From Klebsormidium nitens (lineage: Eukaryota; Plantae; Klebsormidiophyceae), in contig DF237081.1 in assembly GCA_000708835.1 (NCBI GenBank), positions 62,001-126,000 of the forward strand: a DNA stretch of 64,000 nt, written 5' to 3'. This document shows, piece after piece, positions 39,201 to 50,700 of this stretch. The stretch's first letter is position 1; each line of letters opens with the position of its first letter. Made by a program: the position numbers and the translations under genes. The notes under the pieces are model-generated. The model worked only from the letters and a program-made list of their open reading frames with translations. It made no database searches and was not told the origin of the DNA.

Positions 39201-39282
39201 CCACCACCCCCTTCGCTTTCCGCGCCCTTTTATTGACATGCCGCATCGCCCGCTCATCGTCGCTGCCCGGAGCGTCGTCCAT
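36211..39282 (-). CDS. NOL12: Nucleolar protein 12 / RRP17 (Nop25 family)
   Basis: MDDAPGSDDERAMRHVNKRARKAKGVVAVFDENARR|EFVTGFRKRKQQRRKQAEKENIEKERKKRIQIRKE, then acidic and K-rich tail. Confidence 0.85.
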
Positions 39283-39787
39283 CTTGAGCTTTTAGCTTCT
39301 GAACAAAAGTTGGGTAGCAATTCTTCAGGCTTTGCTGCTGCCACTGGCGCAAGAGCCTTGCCAGGCTTGCAATTGCTGAAATTTCTTTCACGGCCTTTTC
39401 CCCCTTTCCTGCTTTCCCTTCTTCCTGCCCTCCCTTGGTTTGGGTTGGAAGGGCGGTTATCTTTCAAGGTTTCTCCACCGCTTGCATGCATGGTACCTGA
39501 TTGTACCTCTTCGAGTGGGACGGTGGCCACAGAAGAGCCCGATTCTAACAAAGTAAAACAGTGTTACCAAGCGGGTTAGGACTTAACAGCACACCACCAC
39601 CAACGGGGGCTTGAAGTTGATGCCTTTCTCCTGTCAACAGCAAGCCTGAGGCTGTAGCAAGGTTCCAAAAAGGGGCGCTCGAGATCACTTGTTAATTTTG
39701 GAGGTGAGTGACCAACTCATAGGTTGTGTAATATATTCCGCTGAAGCCACAGTTGCTCTTCTCCTTCCGCCCCTCACTGCCACCACC
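39283..39787. promoter_or_regulatory. Putative bidirectional promoter between NOL12 and WDR89
   Basis: Divergent start codons 505 bp apart; no specific element identified. Confidence 0.5.
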
Positions 39788-42700
39788 ATGCCCCACATCC
39801 ATTTTGACGAGGAGGATGCTGACGCGGCAATGGACGAGGCCCCGCCGGAAGCAGCGGCGCCAGCTCCCCAGGCGTCAACCAGTGGGAGAAAGGAGACCTA
39901 CGCTGGAGCAGGGCCTGCAATGATGGTGCCTAGCAGGACTATATACACAACGCTAGGAAAGGTGGAAGATCCGGACTACGTGTTTGACATATGTACCAAG
40001 TGAGTGGTCGCTTTGCTGGGGAGATGGGTGCAAACTCGTGCTCCTCCGCAGATCAAGTTGCTGAGTTCTGTTCTCTAGCTGTACTCTACCTTGTCATGCT
40101 GCTCTGTTCTCCACGGTTTCAGCGACAGGTCGACGTACACTTGATGAGAAGAACAGTGGTTGTCTGGCTTCCAGACCTTTTGTTGGTCAATGGAGAAATC
40201 GGTCAATGTAGTTTTTCTCCAGAAGTATGCCTGTAATGAGTCATGAAACCTTCTGATCAACGATGTCCAGCCCTTCGGATTGGTTGGTGCTTCCAAGCGC
40301 CGCTGTTCCGGGGAGCAGCTGGGACCCAGCTCAAACGATGGCATAGGGGAATGCTGAAGTTTGTTGCCAACTCACTAGGAATTTGCACCGTTCCTCTTTA
40401 CCTGAACGCTCTTCATTAGTCTTCAAGGAGTCTTGTATGTGCAACAAGGAACCATGTGAAGCCAGATGCTTGTCAAACTAAGTCAATCTGATTTCCTACA
40501 GCCATGAACAATCAGCAATGGCGGCGTCTCTTTCCACGCACATTGTCAAAGTGTACCACCCCGCATCAGGAGACTTCCTGGGGCAATTTCAAGGCCACAC
40601 TGACACAATCCATGAGCTTGGCTTTCCTGAGCCAGCCTCGCCGCACTTTCTGGTGTCATGCTCCAGTGACGGCACAGTTCGAGAATGGGATCTGAGGTCG
40701 TTTTCGCAGGTGAGGTTCGAACTTGTTTCTTGACCAGCTTGTTTTAAGCCCCGTTCTCAATAACATTTGGGGGCAAGAGTGGTGAGCAGAAAGTAAGACG
40801 GGTCACAAAAAGTGGGCAAAGTCACCTGTTATCAGAGTCTTGGCCTAACATGATTGTTGGTGGGGCAAAGACGCAGAGGGAGAACTCTCACTCTGAGTGT
40901 CTCTGTTCGTTGTCTCAACTGTGATAAACCAAAGGCCTTTGTTGAGTCTATGTGGCAATGAGAGTCTCGTCAAAGGTGCAAGCCTCAACAACCAAAGACC
41001 CGTAAATGGCTCATCCTGACTTCCGAGCCTCATTGAAGTTGAGCTTCGCAAGGTGGCAAACTTTAAAGAAGAACAAACGTCAGGTCTATAAGCAGATTGG
41101 GAAATAACGGATTCAAACTAAAGTTCTTTGCGTCCTGGGAAAGGCCAAGTAAAGAGCAGAACACGACAGGAGCTCGACCGACCGTTGCTCTATTTCGATC
41201 AGGTGGGCCAGTACGCGTGTGGCCCAGGACATGAGCTGGAGAGCTTCTCCTTTGGGGGTCCGGGGGAAAATATGGTGGCAGGGGCAGGGCGTGAGGTGGT
41301 GCTGCTGTGGGACCGGAGGACGCATGCGGGGATGGGGGCGTTCGAGGAGAGCCATATGGAGCAGGTTACGCAGGTGGGGCTATTATCCGACACTTTTAAT
41401 TTTCGTCATCGACTGCAAATGGTTCCCAATTCATCAGGTTCTATTACCGTGTCCTTCGGACTCCTCGCGAAAAGTGGGCCTGTTTCGGAAGTCGGGCATA
41501 TCTTGCTTGATGTCGCAGAACCCTTGAGTTTGATAAGCAGGTCGCTCCGGATACTACAGGCATATGTCCTCTGCTTGAAAATTGGTGCCCATCGAACCCG
41601 TCTCTTCTTTGGGACTTCAATGACCGTTCACTCCCCCTCCGCTTGCAAAGGGAGATTATCACCCGATGTCTCAGGTCCGCTTCCAGCCGATGACCATCAT
41701 GCGCCGCAGACCGAGTGGTCCCTTGCTTATCGACCCAGTTCTAGGTCCGTTCTTTTCCTGCTGATCCGGGTCCGCTTCACCTGATACAACTGAGAAGCTA
41801 TTGTTCTCGTCAGTAGACATCATGGTGCCGACCTTTGACCCTTTCACTGCTCCTTCCCATTGCCAGCAATGTACTTTCGCGGTTACCAGTCGCGAGTCCA
41901 CAAGATTGCGCTCTCAAGTTTTGTCGACGGCTCGGTCAAATTCTGTGAGATGACCCGCTTTTGCTCGGTCAATGACTGGCTACATAGTCGTCGCCCTCAA
42001 GTTGTCGCGCTTCAACTTCGGCTCGCCTTTGCGAAGCACTTCCACCCACCTAGCCACTTTGCATTGCGCGACCGACTATCGAATCCGCTTTCTCATCAGG
42101 TCGTTCTTACGTGTTGCAGCTACTCAACGTGCTCAATTCAAAATAATAAAATTTTGTATGTCTACTTCTACCCGATTGATACTCGCAAGCTGCTGTCCTC
42201 GCGCTCGACGGCCCTTGTTTGCATCTTGGAAACGACACCAGTCTATTCCAATACAAAAACGGCTCATCCTCGGGTGTTGATCCGCTTTCCTTCCTCACTC
42301 GCCTAACCCATCCCACCCAAATATTTTCTTTGCATAGCTAACCGTTTCTCCATTACTCGCTTATTCGCGCGCCGTTTCCACCCGGTTCATATCAGCGAGC
42401 TGCCAAGTTTGTTACGGCCCCGGCTTCGACGCATGTTGAGCGCTAACTCTCCTAACCGAGTTCACTAAATCCAAATCGTTAGGTCCGCTTCCCCCGGTTC
42501 ACCCCAACAAGCTGCTCTCCTCCTCGGCAGACGGTCTGGGCTCAGATGCCTTTGATCCAACGTTGCTAACCAGATTCAGTAACCCCAAATTTTCAGGTCC
42601 GCTTCCATCCGGTCCACACGAACAAGCCGCTGTCCTCCTTGGTAGACGGCCTGGGCTCAGACGCGTTCTTATTCCAACGTTGCTAACCCGATTCAATAAC

Positions 42701-44845
42701 CCGATCTTTCAGGTCCGCTTCCACCCGATTCACCCCAACAAGCTGCTCTCCTCCACGGTAGACGGCCTGGCTCAGATGCGTCTCTTATTTCAACGTTGCT
42801 AACCCAGTTCGCTATACCCAAATCTTCAGGTCCGCTTCCACCCAATACATATCACAAGCTGCTGTCCTCCTCGGTAGACGGGGTGGGCTAAGATGCGTTC
42901 GATTTAACGTGTCTAACCCAATTCAACAACCTTCAGTAACCCATTTTCAGGTCCGCTTCCACCCGATTCACCCCAACAAGCTGCTGTCCTCGTCGGTGGA
43001 CGGCCTGGTGTGCGTTTTCGAGACGGGTGGCACTCTCGACGACGAAGACTGCATGGAAACGGTGCTCCCCGTCAACACGTCCGTCTCTAGTTTCGGCTTC
43101 TACGGCCCGCAGGCGGAGAACGTGTGGTGCTTGACGAACATAGAAACGATGAGGTGAGGGGGACCGGTCATCCACGGAGTCTTTCTAGTGTTGTCGACCT
43201 CTTGAAAAAACGTCCGTCTCTAGTTTCGGCTGCTACGGTCATCAGGCAGAGGATATGTGGTGCTTGACGAACATAGGAGCGTTGAGGTGGAAAAAAAAGA
43301 TAACCAGTCATTCACGCAGTTCTTCCAAGTATTGTCGACCTTTTGGAAAGAATGTTCGTCTCTAGTTTTGGCTTCTACGGTCAGCAGGCCGAGAATGTGT
43401 GTTGCTTGACGAACATCGAAACGCCCAGGTGAGGGATAGAGTCGTCGACAGTCGGAAGAGGCAACACCTTCAAACCACCGTGGATTTCTCCTTCGAGCGA
43501 ACTCACTGTGTTTGGCTAAGTTCGAGACGCTGAAGGTCACGGCAGTTGCTCAGGATTGTGCAGTCAATCTAGAGGCGTCGAGCTTCGGAAGTAAGAAAAG
43601 CCCTTACAAGAGGATTCTGCCCCTTCTGCGAGTGTAGAGTCACTGCTATGCTATTGATAAAGAATTCTTGATACGAATCAATTCTTGCCGTTCGTTCTCA
43701 CATGGAGAGCCCAGCGGTAGCCTCTCGAGGGTGCTGTAATCCTGTCTGCACTCAAGCTAGCACAATATGTTCAAACGGCTGGTTTTCTACATTTGATGCA
43801 GATCTTGCTCCTTCTTTGTGAGCAATTCCATTATTCATCAGCACCACTTTCTGAATTCTGAGTCTCCCGTTCACCGTCTCCCGTCAGCGACGCTCGTCAT
43901 TCCGCTCATCCTTTCCGTTCTCCGTGCAGTCTTTGGAACTGGGCGGAAGGGGCCCAGCTGGCGGACTTTCCCGAGACCAGGGAACTGGCGTCGAGACAAT
44001 GGCAGGGACCGCCAGTAAGATGTCGCCCAACTTTCTTATCGCTGTTGATGGATTGCACACCCGTTGAGCCTTACGTCACTTCCGTTCGAGTGGGCATAGC
44101 AAGCGCTTGCAATGGCGGTCGGATGGCTCAAATCGCCGCAACAACAGACGATCAGTTCCGTCGTCGATTTTGATTGGTCAGAAACCGACGCCGGTGATGC
44201 CGTCCGGCAAACCCCTACGCTCAATGTAATCCGTTTATAATACCTTTGAACACATGACAGGACCCCTCTAGTTGAATCAACTGGCGGTGACTCTTCTCGA
44301 CAATCTGGAGACCCGCTTGCTCTCGTGTCGAAGAACATCGCAGTGAACCGAAGAACTTCAGTGACAGCAAGCACCGTTATCATTTGAGGATCACTAACAA
44401 TTGCTCTGGGCAGGTAAACAAGCTGTCAAGAACATGCTTTCCTGAACAACTCACCAAGCTCGAACACTCTGTCCCGCAGATTGACTATCTGATCCAGTGT
44501 GAATACGACCCGTCCACGAGCCAGCTGGACCTGGTGGCAGGCACCCAGGACGGGGCAGTGGGCGTATTCACAGTAGACCAATCAAACCGCTGTTCAGACG
44601 CGGCGGTTCCCAGAGGATCGCTCCGTCCAGCAAAGGAAGTGTATCACGGCGCGCACGAATCTGTGGTAAGAGCGTTTTGTAGGATACGAGAGGGGCAGAG
44701 CTCGGGGCTTATATGGACCGGGGGAGAGGATAGGAAGATGGTGGGCTGGGCTCGGGGCCCAGGGGATGTGAGGCCTCAGCCAGCGGGTTCGAGTGACCTG
44801 GTGATGCGAACATCGGGGCCCTCGAGAAGACACAGTCCGTATTGA
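39788..44845 (+). CDS. WDR89: WD repeat protein 89 (plant GTS1-like)
   Basis: DYVFDI, GHTDTIHELGF..SCSSDGTVREWDLR, LWDRR..FEESHMEQVTQ|VRFHP..LLSSSVDGLVCVF..DDED, SLWNWAEG, IDYLIQC, AHESVVR, WTGGED, terminal RHSPY*. Confidence 0.88.
41670..42950 (+). repeat. Array of 3' splice-site echoes upstream of the WDR89 exon starting at 42951
   Basis: Unit = CTAAC branch motif + pyrimidines + AG|GTCCGCTTCCAC...GTAGACGG; AG ends at 42482, 42596, 42712, 42829 and 42950 (real); decayed copies at ~41670, 41740, 42155 and 42370. Confidence 0.92.
43080..43440 (+). repeat. Donor-side echoes downstream of the same WDR89 exon
   Basis: cgtccgtctctagtttcggcttctacgg...tgcttgacgaacatagaaacgatgaggtgagg (real, ends ~43160) repeated at ~43210-43270 and ~43355-43435. 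Confidence 0.9.
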
Positions 44846-45832
44846 GTTTCCGGCTACTAAGTAACTGCTTTCATTGTTACTTCAATGAACTCATGTCTAC
44901 AATTTTGGTATAAGACCCCCCTTACTGTCAGATGCTCTCTTATTGCCACATTTATAGGGGTTGGGGGCCTCCTGATCAGAGACTAGAGTAGTGGTGCGGC
45001 CGAATGCACCACCGACCTGGAGTAAAACAAACGGATGCTGTCAATCATGTGTGGCTTTGCTAGGCCTGCAAGCCGATGCTTGCAGGCACTCCATGACGTC
45101 ACCAATCCGCGCCATACACCTGGGTTTTCGAAAGTTAGCAGGTGTGCAGTCGAATTTGCAGAACCAGAGCGCCAGCTAGACTATCAGAATATAGTGCTTC
45201 CCTCGGACGGTTGAATCTTTAAGTTACCACAGTAGCTACATGGGCGTTCACGACCCAAAAAATGGACCCTATGGCACATGTCACGTATGCCTGGCATGGA
45301 CTCAAGCGAGTAGCCCTCGTGGCACTGATTGACGTTTGAAAGGAGAACATCACGAAGCATGTGTAATCTGAACCGTCTCGTCGAGTAACCAAGTTCCTAT
45401 CATATGCATGTCGGTGCTGCAATCACCGGTGCAAATAGTGACGTACATGCGGTGGTGCACGTGAGTCGTACAAAAGTTCCAGATCATTCAAGATGAGCAG
45501 TTCATGTATATCTGTACCCGCCGCTTCAAGCAAAAGGAATGCACCATGACCGCGGCAGAGACCGCTACGATCACAGTGACTTAACGTCCGTATGTTGTTC
45601 AGAAATCATAAACAAGATACTGACCGCCAGCTGTGGCTGAGGCCATGGTGTTGAAGTTTGACAGAGTTTAAGCAATGATCGATTCAGTAGCAACGATACA
45701 TGATTCGATTCGATATTCAGACGTCTCCCTTTGCGAAGAACATCCTGCTACAGCCCTTGCTAAACGTACAGATCACATGACATGATGACTACATGCATCC
45801 ATATTGGAGACACTGCAGAAGGTCGACCGCTG

Positions 45833-46483
45833 TCAACCAAATTCCCGTTTTTGCCTTTCTCGAAATTCGTCCAGAGCTCTTTGCTGTTCGAGACAACTCC
45901 TATATCCCTGTATGAGATCTAGCAATCCTCCTGTGCACCCTAGGAAAACCAGAGGCATCAGAGACTTTCGACGAATCCCAAGAGGTATCGCAACGGCGCA
46001 TCCAAGAAGGGAATACACATAGGAGCTGCAAATAGAAAGGGAACGTCATAAAGGATTGCAGATTGGAAGAGTGGAGGCAGGTCTTTGGGAATGATATAAT
46101 GATTACACAGATATAGTGCCAAATGTAAACCGTTTTGGTCCAGTGCGGGAACAGGACATGTATCTTCACGGCCTGCCGTCCATGAGCCTCGGACCACATC
46201 AACCAATCTTGGCGTGTTAGGAGTTGATGTATGTGAAACTATCTTCAAACTCTTGGAAGAAGGTGACGCAAGAAGTGGTGCCGGAGAACCTGTACCCCAG
46301 TCTTCGTACTTTCACAAGGTTTGCAATTATGTCTACTGGAGAGACCACAGCATGCTGTAATCCAGGTTTTGGCTGCTTGCTTCTCATGAAACCCTTGCAC
46401 TAGCGCGCTCACCTTCCCATGATGCAATCACCCAGATCTTCTTTCAGCTGCTTCTCCGTCTTGGGTATGACAGGGGGCTCCAT
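45833..46483 (-). CDS. Small (87 aa) hydrophobic membrane protein of unknown function, 2 exons
   Basis: Exons 46413-46483 and 45833-46025 in phase: MEPPVIPKTEKQLKEDLGDCIMGSSYVYSLLGCAVAIPLGIRRKSLMPLVFLGCTGGLLDLIQGYRSCLEQQRALDEFRERQKREFG*. Confidence 0.7.
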
Positions 46484-47746
46484 AAGGCTGGCGCCCCCAC
46501 TCACAGAGTGCGCCTCAAGTTTCCTCGTTGATTGAGTTTTCAATCAATGTATCCTAGCTCTCTCAAAGGAGCACCACACGTAGCTCAATTCGGATACAAG
46601 AAGTGGTATGGCTATCAACACATTAGATAACCAGTATCATTCAGATACACGGGTTTAGCTACACTTATCATTTGAAAAGAACCGAAGTGGTGGTGCTTCA
46701 CAAGAGAGCTACTGCGAAGCCTGCCTACCACTCTCCTATCTTCTGTTGTGACATGGCGACCCTGGGAAATCATCTAAGTGCAAATAAAACGGGCTTTCTC
46801 AGGTTTCTGAATCCATCTACAACGCAAAGAGCTGTAGAATCAAGCAGACGAGCAGTCTCCGCTAGTTTCAGCTGTGTACAGCATGTGCAGACAAAAGACG
46901 TTCAATATGAAGTCGTCGCACAGCAGACTTCCGCTCAACCAGCGGTTTCCACACTCCACAGGATACCTACTGAACCTGAACTTGAAGGCTGAAGCGCGAA
47001 CTGGCTCCAACTTGAATGCTGCCGCCTTCAACAAGTCTGTCCAGCTGGCAGCGAGTCGGCCGTCGTTGAACTTGACCCTCGGGAATTGCAGGTTTTCAGA
47101 CTTCGCGTACCGCGACGTTTTCGACGCTTCATGTCGAAGTTGTTGACAAGGCAGGCAAATTAGAGATAAAGTTTGGCAGGGACGACCGGGACGTATCTTG
47201 TCCCAGCTCCGCCGTCGAACGACTTTCCGGAACTAAATTCAAAATTCCAGACTGGATAATGTTCTCGTCATGACGTGACTCTTGACCACAAACCGAGGTC
47301 GGTGACACTCGGAGAGGAGCTAGACAGAGAGAAAGGAGGAGACGCGAGAGAAGGAGCCAGTGGCAGGAAAAGGGAGCGATCAGGGTTTGTGACATAAAAG
47401 GGAGGCGCTGCATACTCCCGAAGGCACTACATTAGTTAGTGACGATCCACCAGAACAGGAGGACTCGTGCATTGTGTCCGAGGAGCTGTGGTTGCGACAT
47501 GAGGGGAGAGTGAAGCTTTCATAGCTGCATTGCAGTCCCCTCCAGCAAAAGGACAAACGAACCGGCTGGCTCTTGCGCTGGATTGAACACAGTCTTTGTA
47601 GCTGCTGTGCCGGTTGTACAAGCCTGCACATTAATTTTGAAGTGACATTATCTCATCAAAAGCTTTTGGTAATCGGTGTTCCGGTGCTGCATCCTATGAA
47701 ACAGAGGACCATCTGATTGGTAAGAGGATCCGAGCATTGAGCATAC

Positions 47747-50700
47747 ATGGCGGCGTCCTCCCTGTGCAGAAATGCGGCCTTTGATCTTTGCGCCCCAACG
47801 CAGACCCGGCAGATCGAAAGCGGAAGCAGAATTGCCGGTTGCTTTGCTTCCTGCACAAGTAACATCGTTCCACAGACTCAACGATCAAAGAAGGATGTAC
47901 GTTTGAATGCGAGGAAAGTAGCAGCAAATGCAGAGGTTTTGGGTGCTTCTGCTACTTATGGTGGAGCCGCGAGGAGATGGAGAGCTGCCGATTTTGTGCC
48001 AAGGCGCACAATGCAAGAATCCGCAAGAGGGACGTGTGTAGCTGCATCGAAGGGTAAGTGTAGCATTTTACATGATTTCTGTCATCTTTCTGAGCCGAGA
48101 CCTTTTCAGTTTCTACTGGGGTAGTTCACATTCATCCACTAATGTTGGATGAGATGCCATCCCAACTGCGTCATTGAGTTTGTTGGGCCTCCAGGGCGTC
48201 TTGGTAATGATGTGGCTGATTTGAAATTGCAACAAAGATTCTTTGTACGTATGCTCAACAACTGGCTTGGCTTTTGGGTAGATGCAAAAACCTACAAATG
48301 TAGTATGACTTACTCGAACCAACGCAAAGGGAGGGAGGTTCTTGGAACCCATGGACGAGTTTGAAGGAGCACAGTACAGCGGGTGCAGCATGAACGAGGG
48401 AGTCAATTGAGTTTTGAAGTTGCCTTCCTTCTAGAGGGACAGCGCTCATTTGATACCATGTCAGATCAGGCTGTTTCATTCCGTGAGCATTAGGGGGCAA
48501 GAATTTGCTGCTCCCTGATGTCTCCAGTGAACGCTACGTTCAATGAACCATCACAGTGCTTCCAAACACTCAGCCTCGTCCGAAGGGTTCCAAACGGTCA
48601 TGATCACATCTGATGAGAGAGCTACTGTGAGCTCCCCTCTGAGGTGATTTGCTCTGGGCCTCATCTAAGAAGAGGCATGCTGCTGGAGCAGGAATTCTGA
48701 CAGACGCCCAGCCAGAATATGTAACGTCCTGTGGCGAGCATAACGTATGGGCTCCACCGCGGGCGCGTCCACCAAAATTTGCAGGCGTCTAATATGGCCT
48801 ATTGGCAACTATTTGCACCCATTTTCGGGTCAACGCACCCGGTGTAGCCCTCAGTGTCAAGGAGGAAGTGGCCCTATGTCTGACTTTCCCAGCTAAAATG
48901 CAGATTTTGGGCAATCAATTGGACTGGTCAAATGGCACCCAACAATGGCGGAAACTTGTACAGAACATACTGGGACCTAGCCAATCGATTTGAGCTTGTG
49001 GGCAGTTTGAATATGACTAATCCGTCCGCTCACAATTCTGCTCGCGCCAACTTTTTGGCTGGCGTCTGCGCCCTCCGGGTACTGATCCCGGTCCTCTTAA
49101 AGCTCCTCCCCGCTCTCTTGCGGAGTTTTCATTTAGCTTTGTGGCGTGCTCTGCAGATGGTTCAGAGGTTGTGCTTGAGTGGAGAGGAAATGCTGACAAA
49201 GTCCTGCTTACGGGATCGTTCCTGGAGTGGGACAAGAAGGTGCCCCTTGAAAAGGCGGGCGAAGGGGTGTTCAAGGTTAAATATGTGAGCATGAAGGCTG
49301 CATTTCCTCATGCTCCTAGGTCTAAAGACAGATGCTAAGGACTTTGGTGTTTTACCCCCTCTGTTTGCCTTCAATGTGAGCCCCAGCATTTTGATGGTGT
49401 GAGAGACTACTTGCGCACGGCTTGCTTCTGCAAATGTTTTGAAACTTGAAGACAGATTGTGATCCTCGGGTCAGTTTCTGAGACACAAGCAGACGGCTCC
49501 GGCCGGCTTAACAAGGTCTCACCTTGAGGACAGAAAACAAGATGCCCCATCAAGTCTTTTGCTATAATGGGGACTTTCTGAGGCTGCTAGGCGCGGTCTT
49601 TCCTACAAACCTAGTTTTCCCATACAGAATGCAATGTAAGCAAAACGCCTCTGTTTTGATTGGTCCATATGTCAATTGATAAGCAAGGGTTAGGTACAAT
49701 TTGTATAGCAAGTGACGTTGAAATGCCGCCGCTGCAACGCTTTGCTCAAGTGAACCGTCAGAGAAGATATAGCACGGTCTGAAACAGCAAGATTCAAGAG
49801 CTTTTTCTGAGCTCTGTACGGTTCCCTCACGACGTTCAATCGGACGCTGCAATCACAATGCACAAACGTAGAGGTTCAAATAGTAACTTTTATCTGTTAT
49901 GATTCTTTGTTCGTTTTGTCTCCTTTGTCGCTTGAATTTGAAGAGTGGGACCCGCCTGTATTTCCCACCCTTACTGTAGTTCCACTGTTGCCTTTCCAGA
50001 CGCTGCCACCTGGCGCTCACCAGTACAAATTTCTGGTGGACGGAGAGTGGCAGCATCGGAAAGATGTTGACACCGTCCCGGACGGCATTGGAGGGGTGAA
50101 CAACCAGGTGGTTGTGGAGGGTACGTCTCCGCAGGTTTCTTTTCTGATAAAGACAGACTACGGTGTCTGCAGCAGATTTTGCGAATTCTTTTTGTCTCCT
50201 CAGACCGTGCTTTTTGAGTGTGATAGGAACAGGGCCTCCGCAGCGACAAACGTCCGGTATTGCCGAATGGTTTCTCGCTTCGGGAAGCATAGTCCCACGC
50301 TGGATGGGTTCTATGGTTGTGTACGTTTGTATAGATGCATCATCTGAATCCTTGACACCTCAGTTCTTCTTTCTAGGGGCAGCCTCGAAAGCTAAATGAG
50401 GGTCAATCTTAAGTCAGCACATTGCGGCTATGCAAAGCTTTGCTTTGGAAACAGCAACTGAAGGTGGCTCTTGGCTGAGCTCTGGACTTGGAATGACAAA
50501 ACAGACGGGTGACTAGCCGAGCCAGGGGCTGCTCTTGGCGGGTAAACAACCCCCCCTTTACAGCCATCCTAACAGGGGGGACACTCGCATGCGAGAAACA
50601 CAACATTGTTTCACTGAGCACAATGAGAAAGTCGGCCGCAACCTTGGCCGACGTCCTCGCATCCAACGGTTTCCGGCGCCTTCGATAAAGTCAGGCTCAT

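Noticed and set aside
42480-42950. CRISPR-like regularly spaced array
   Set aside because: The whole unit is repeated with no unique spacers, it derives from a splice junction, and there are no cas genes.
46672-47413. ORFs between the microprotein and CBM48-NdhV genes
   Set aside because: No homology and no consistent splice chain; likely promoter or UTR.
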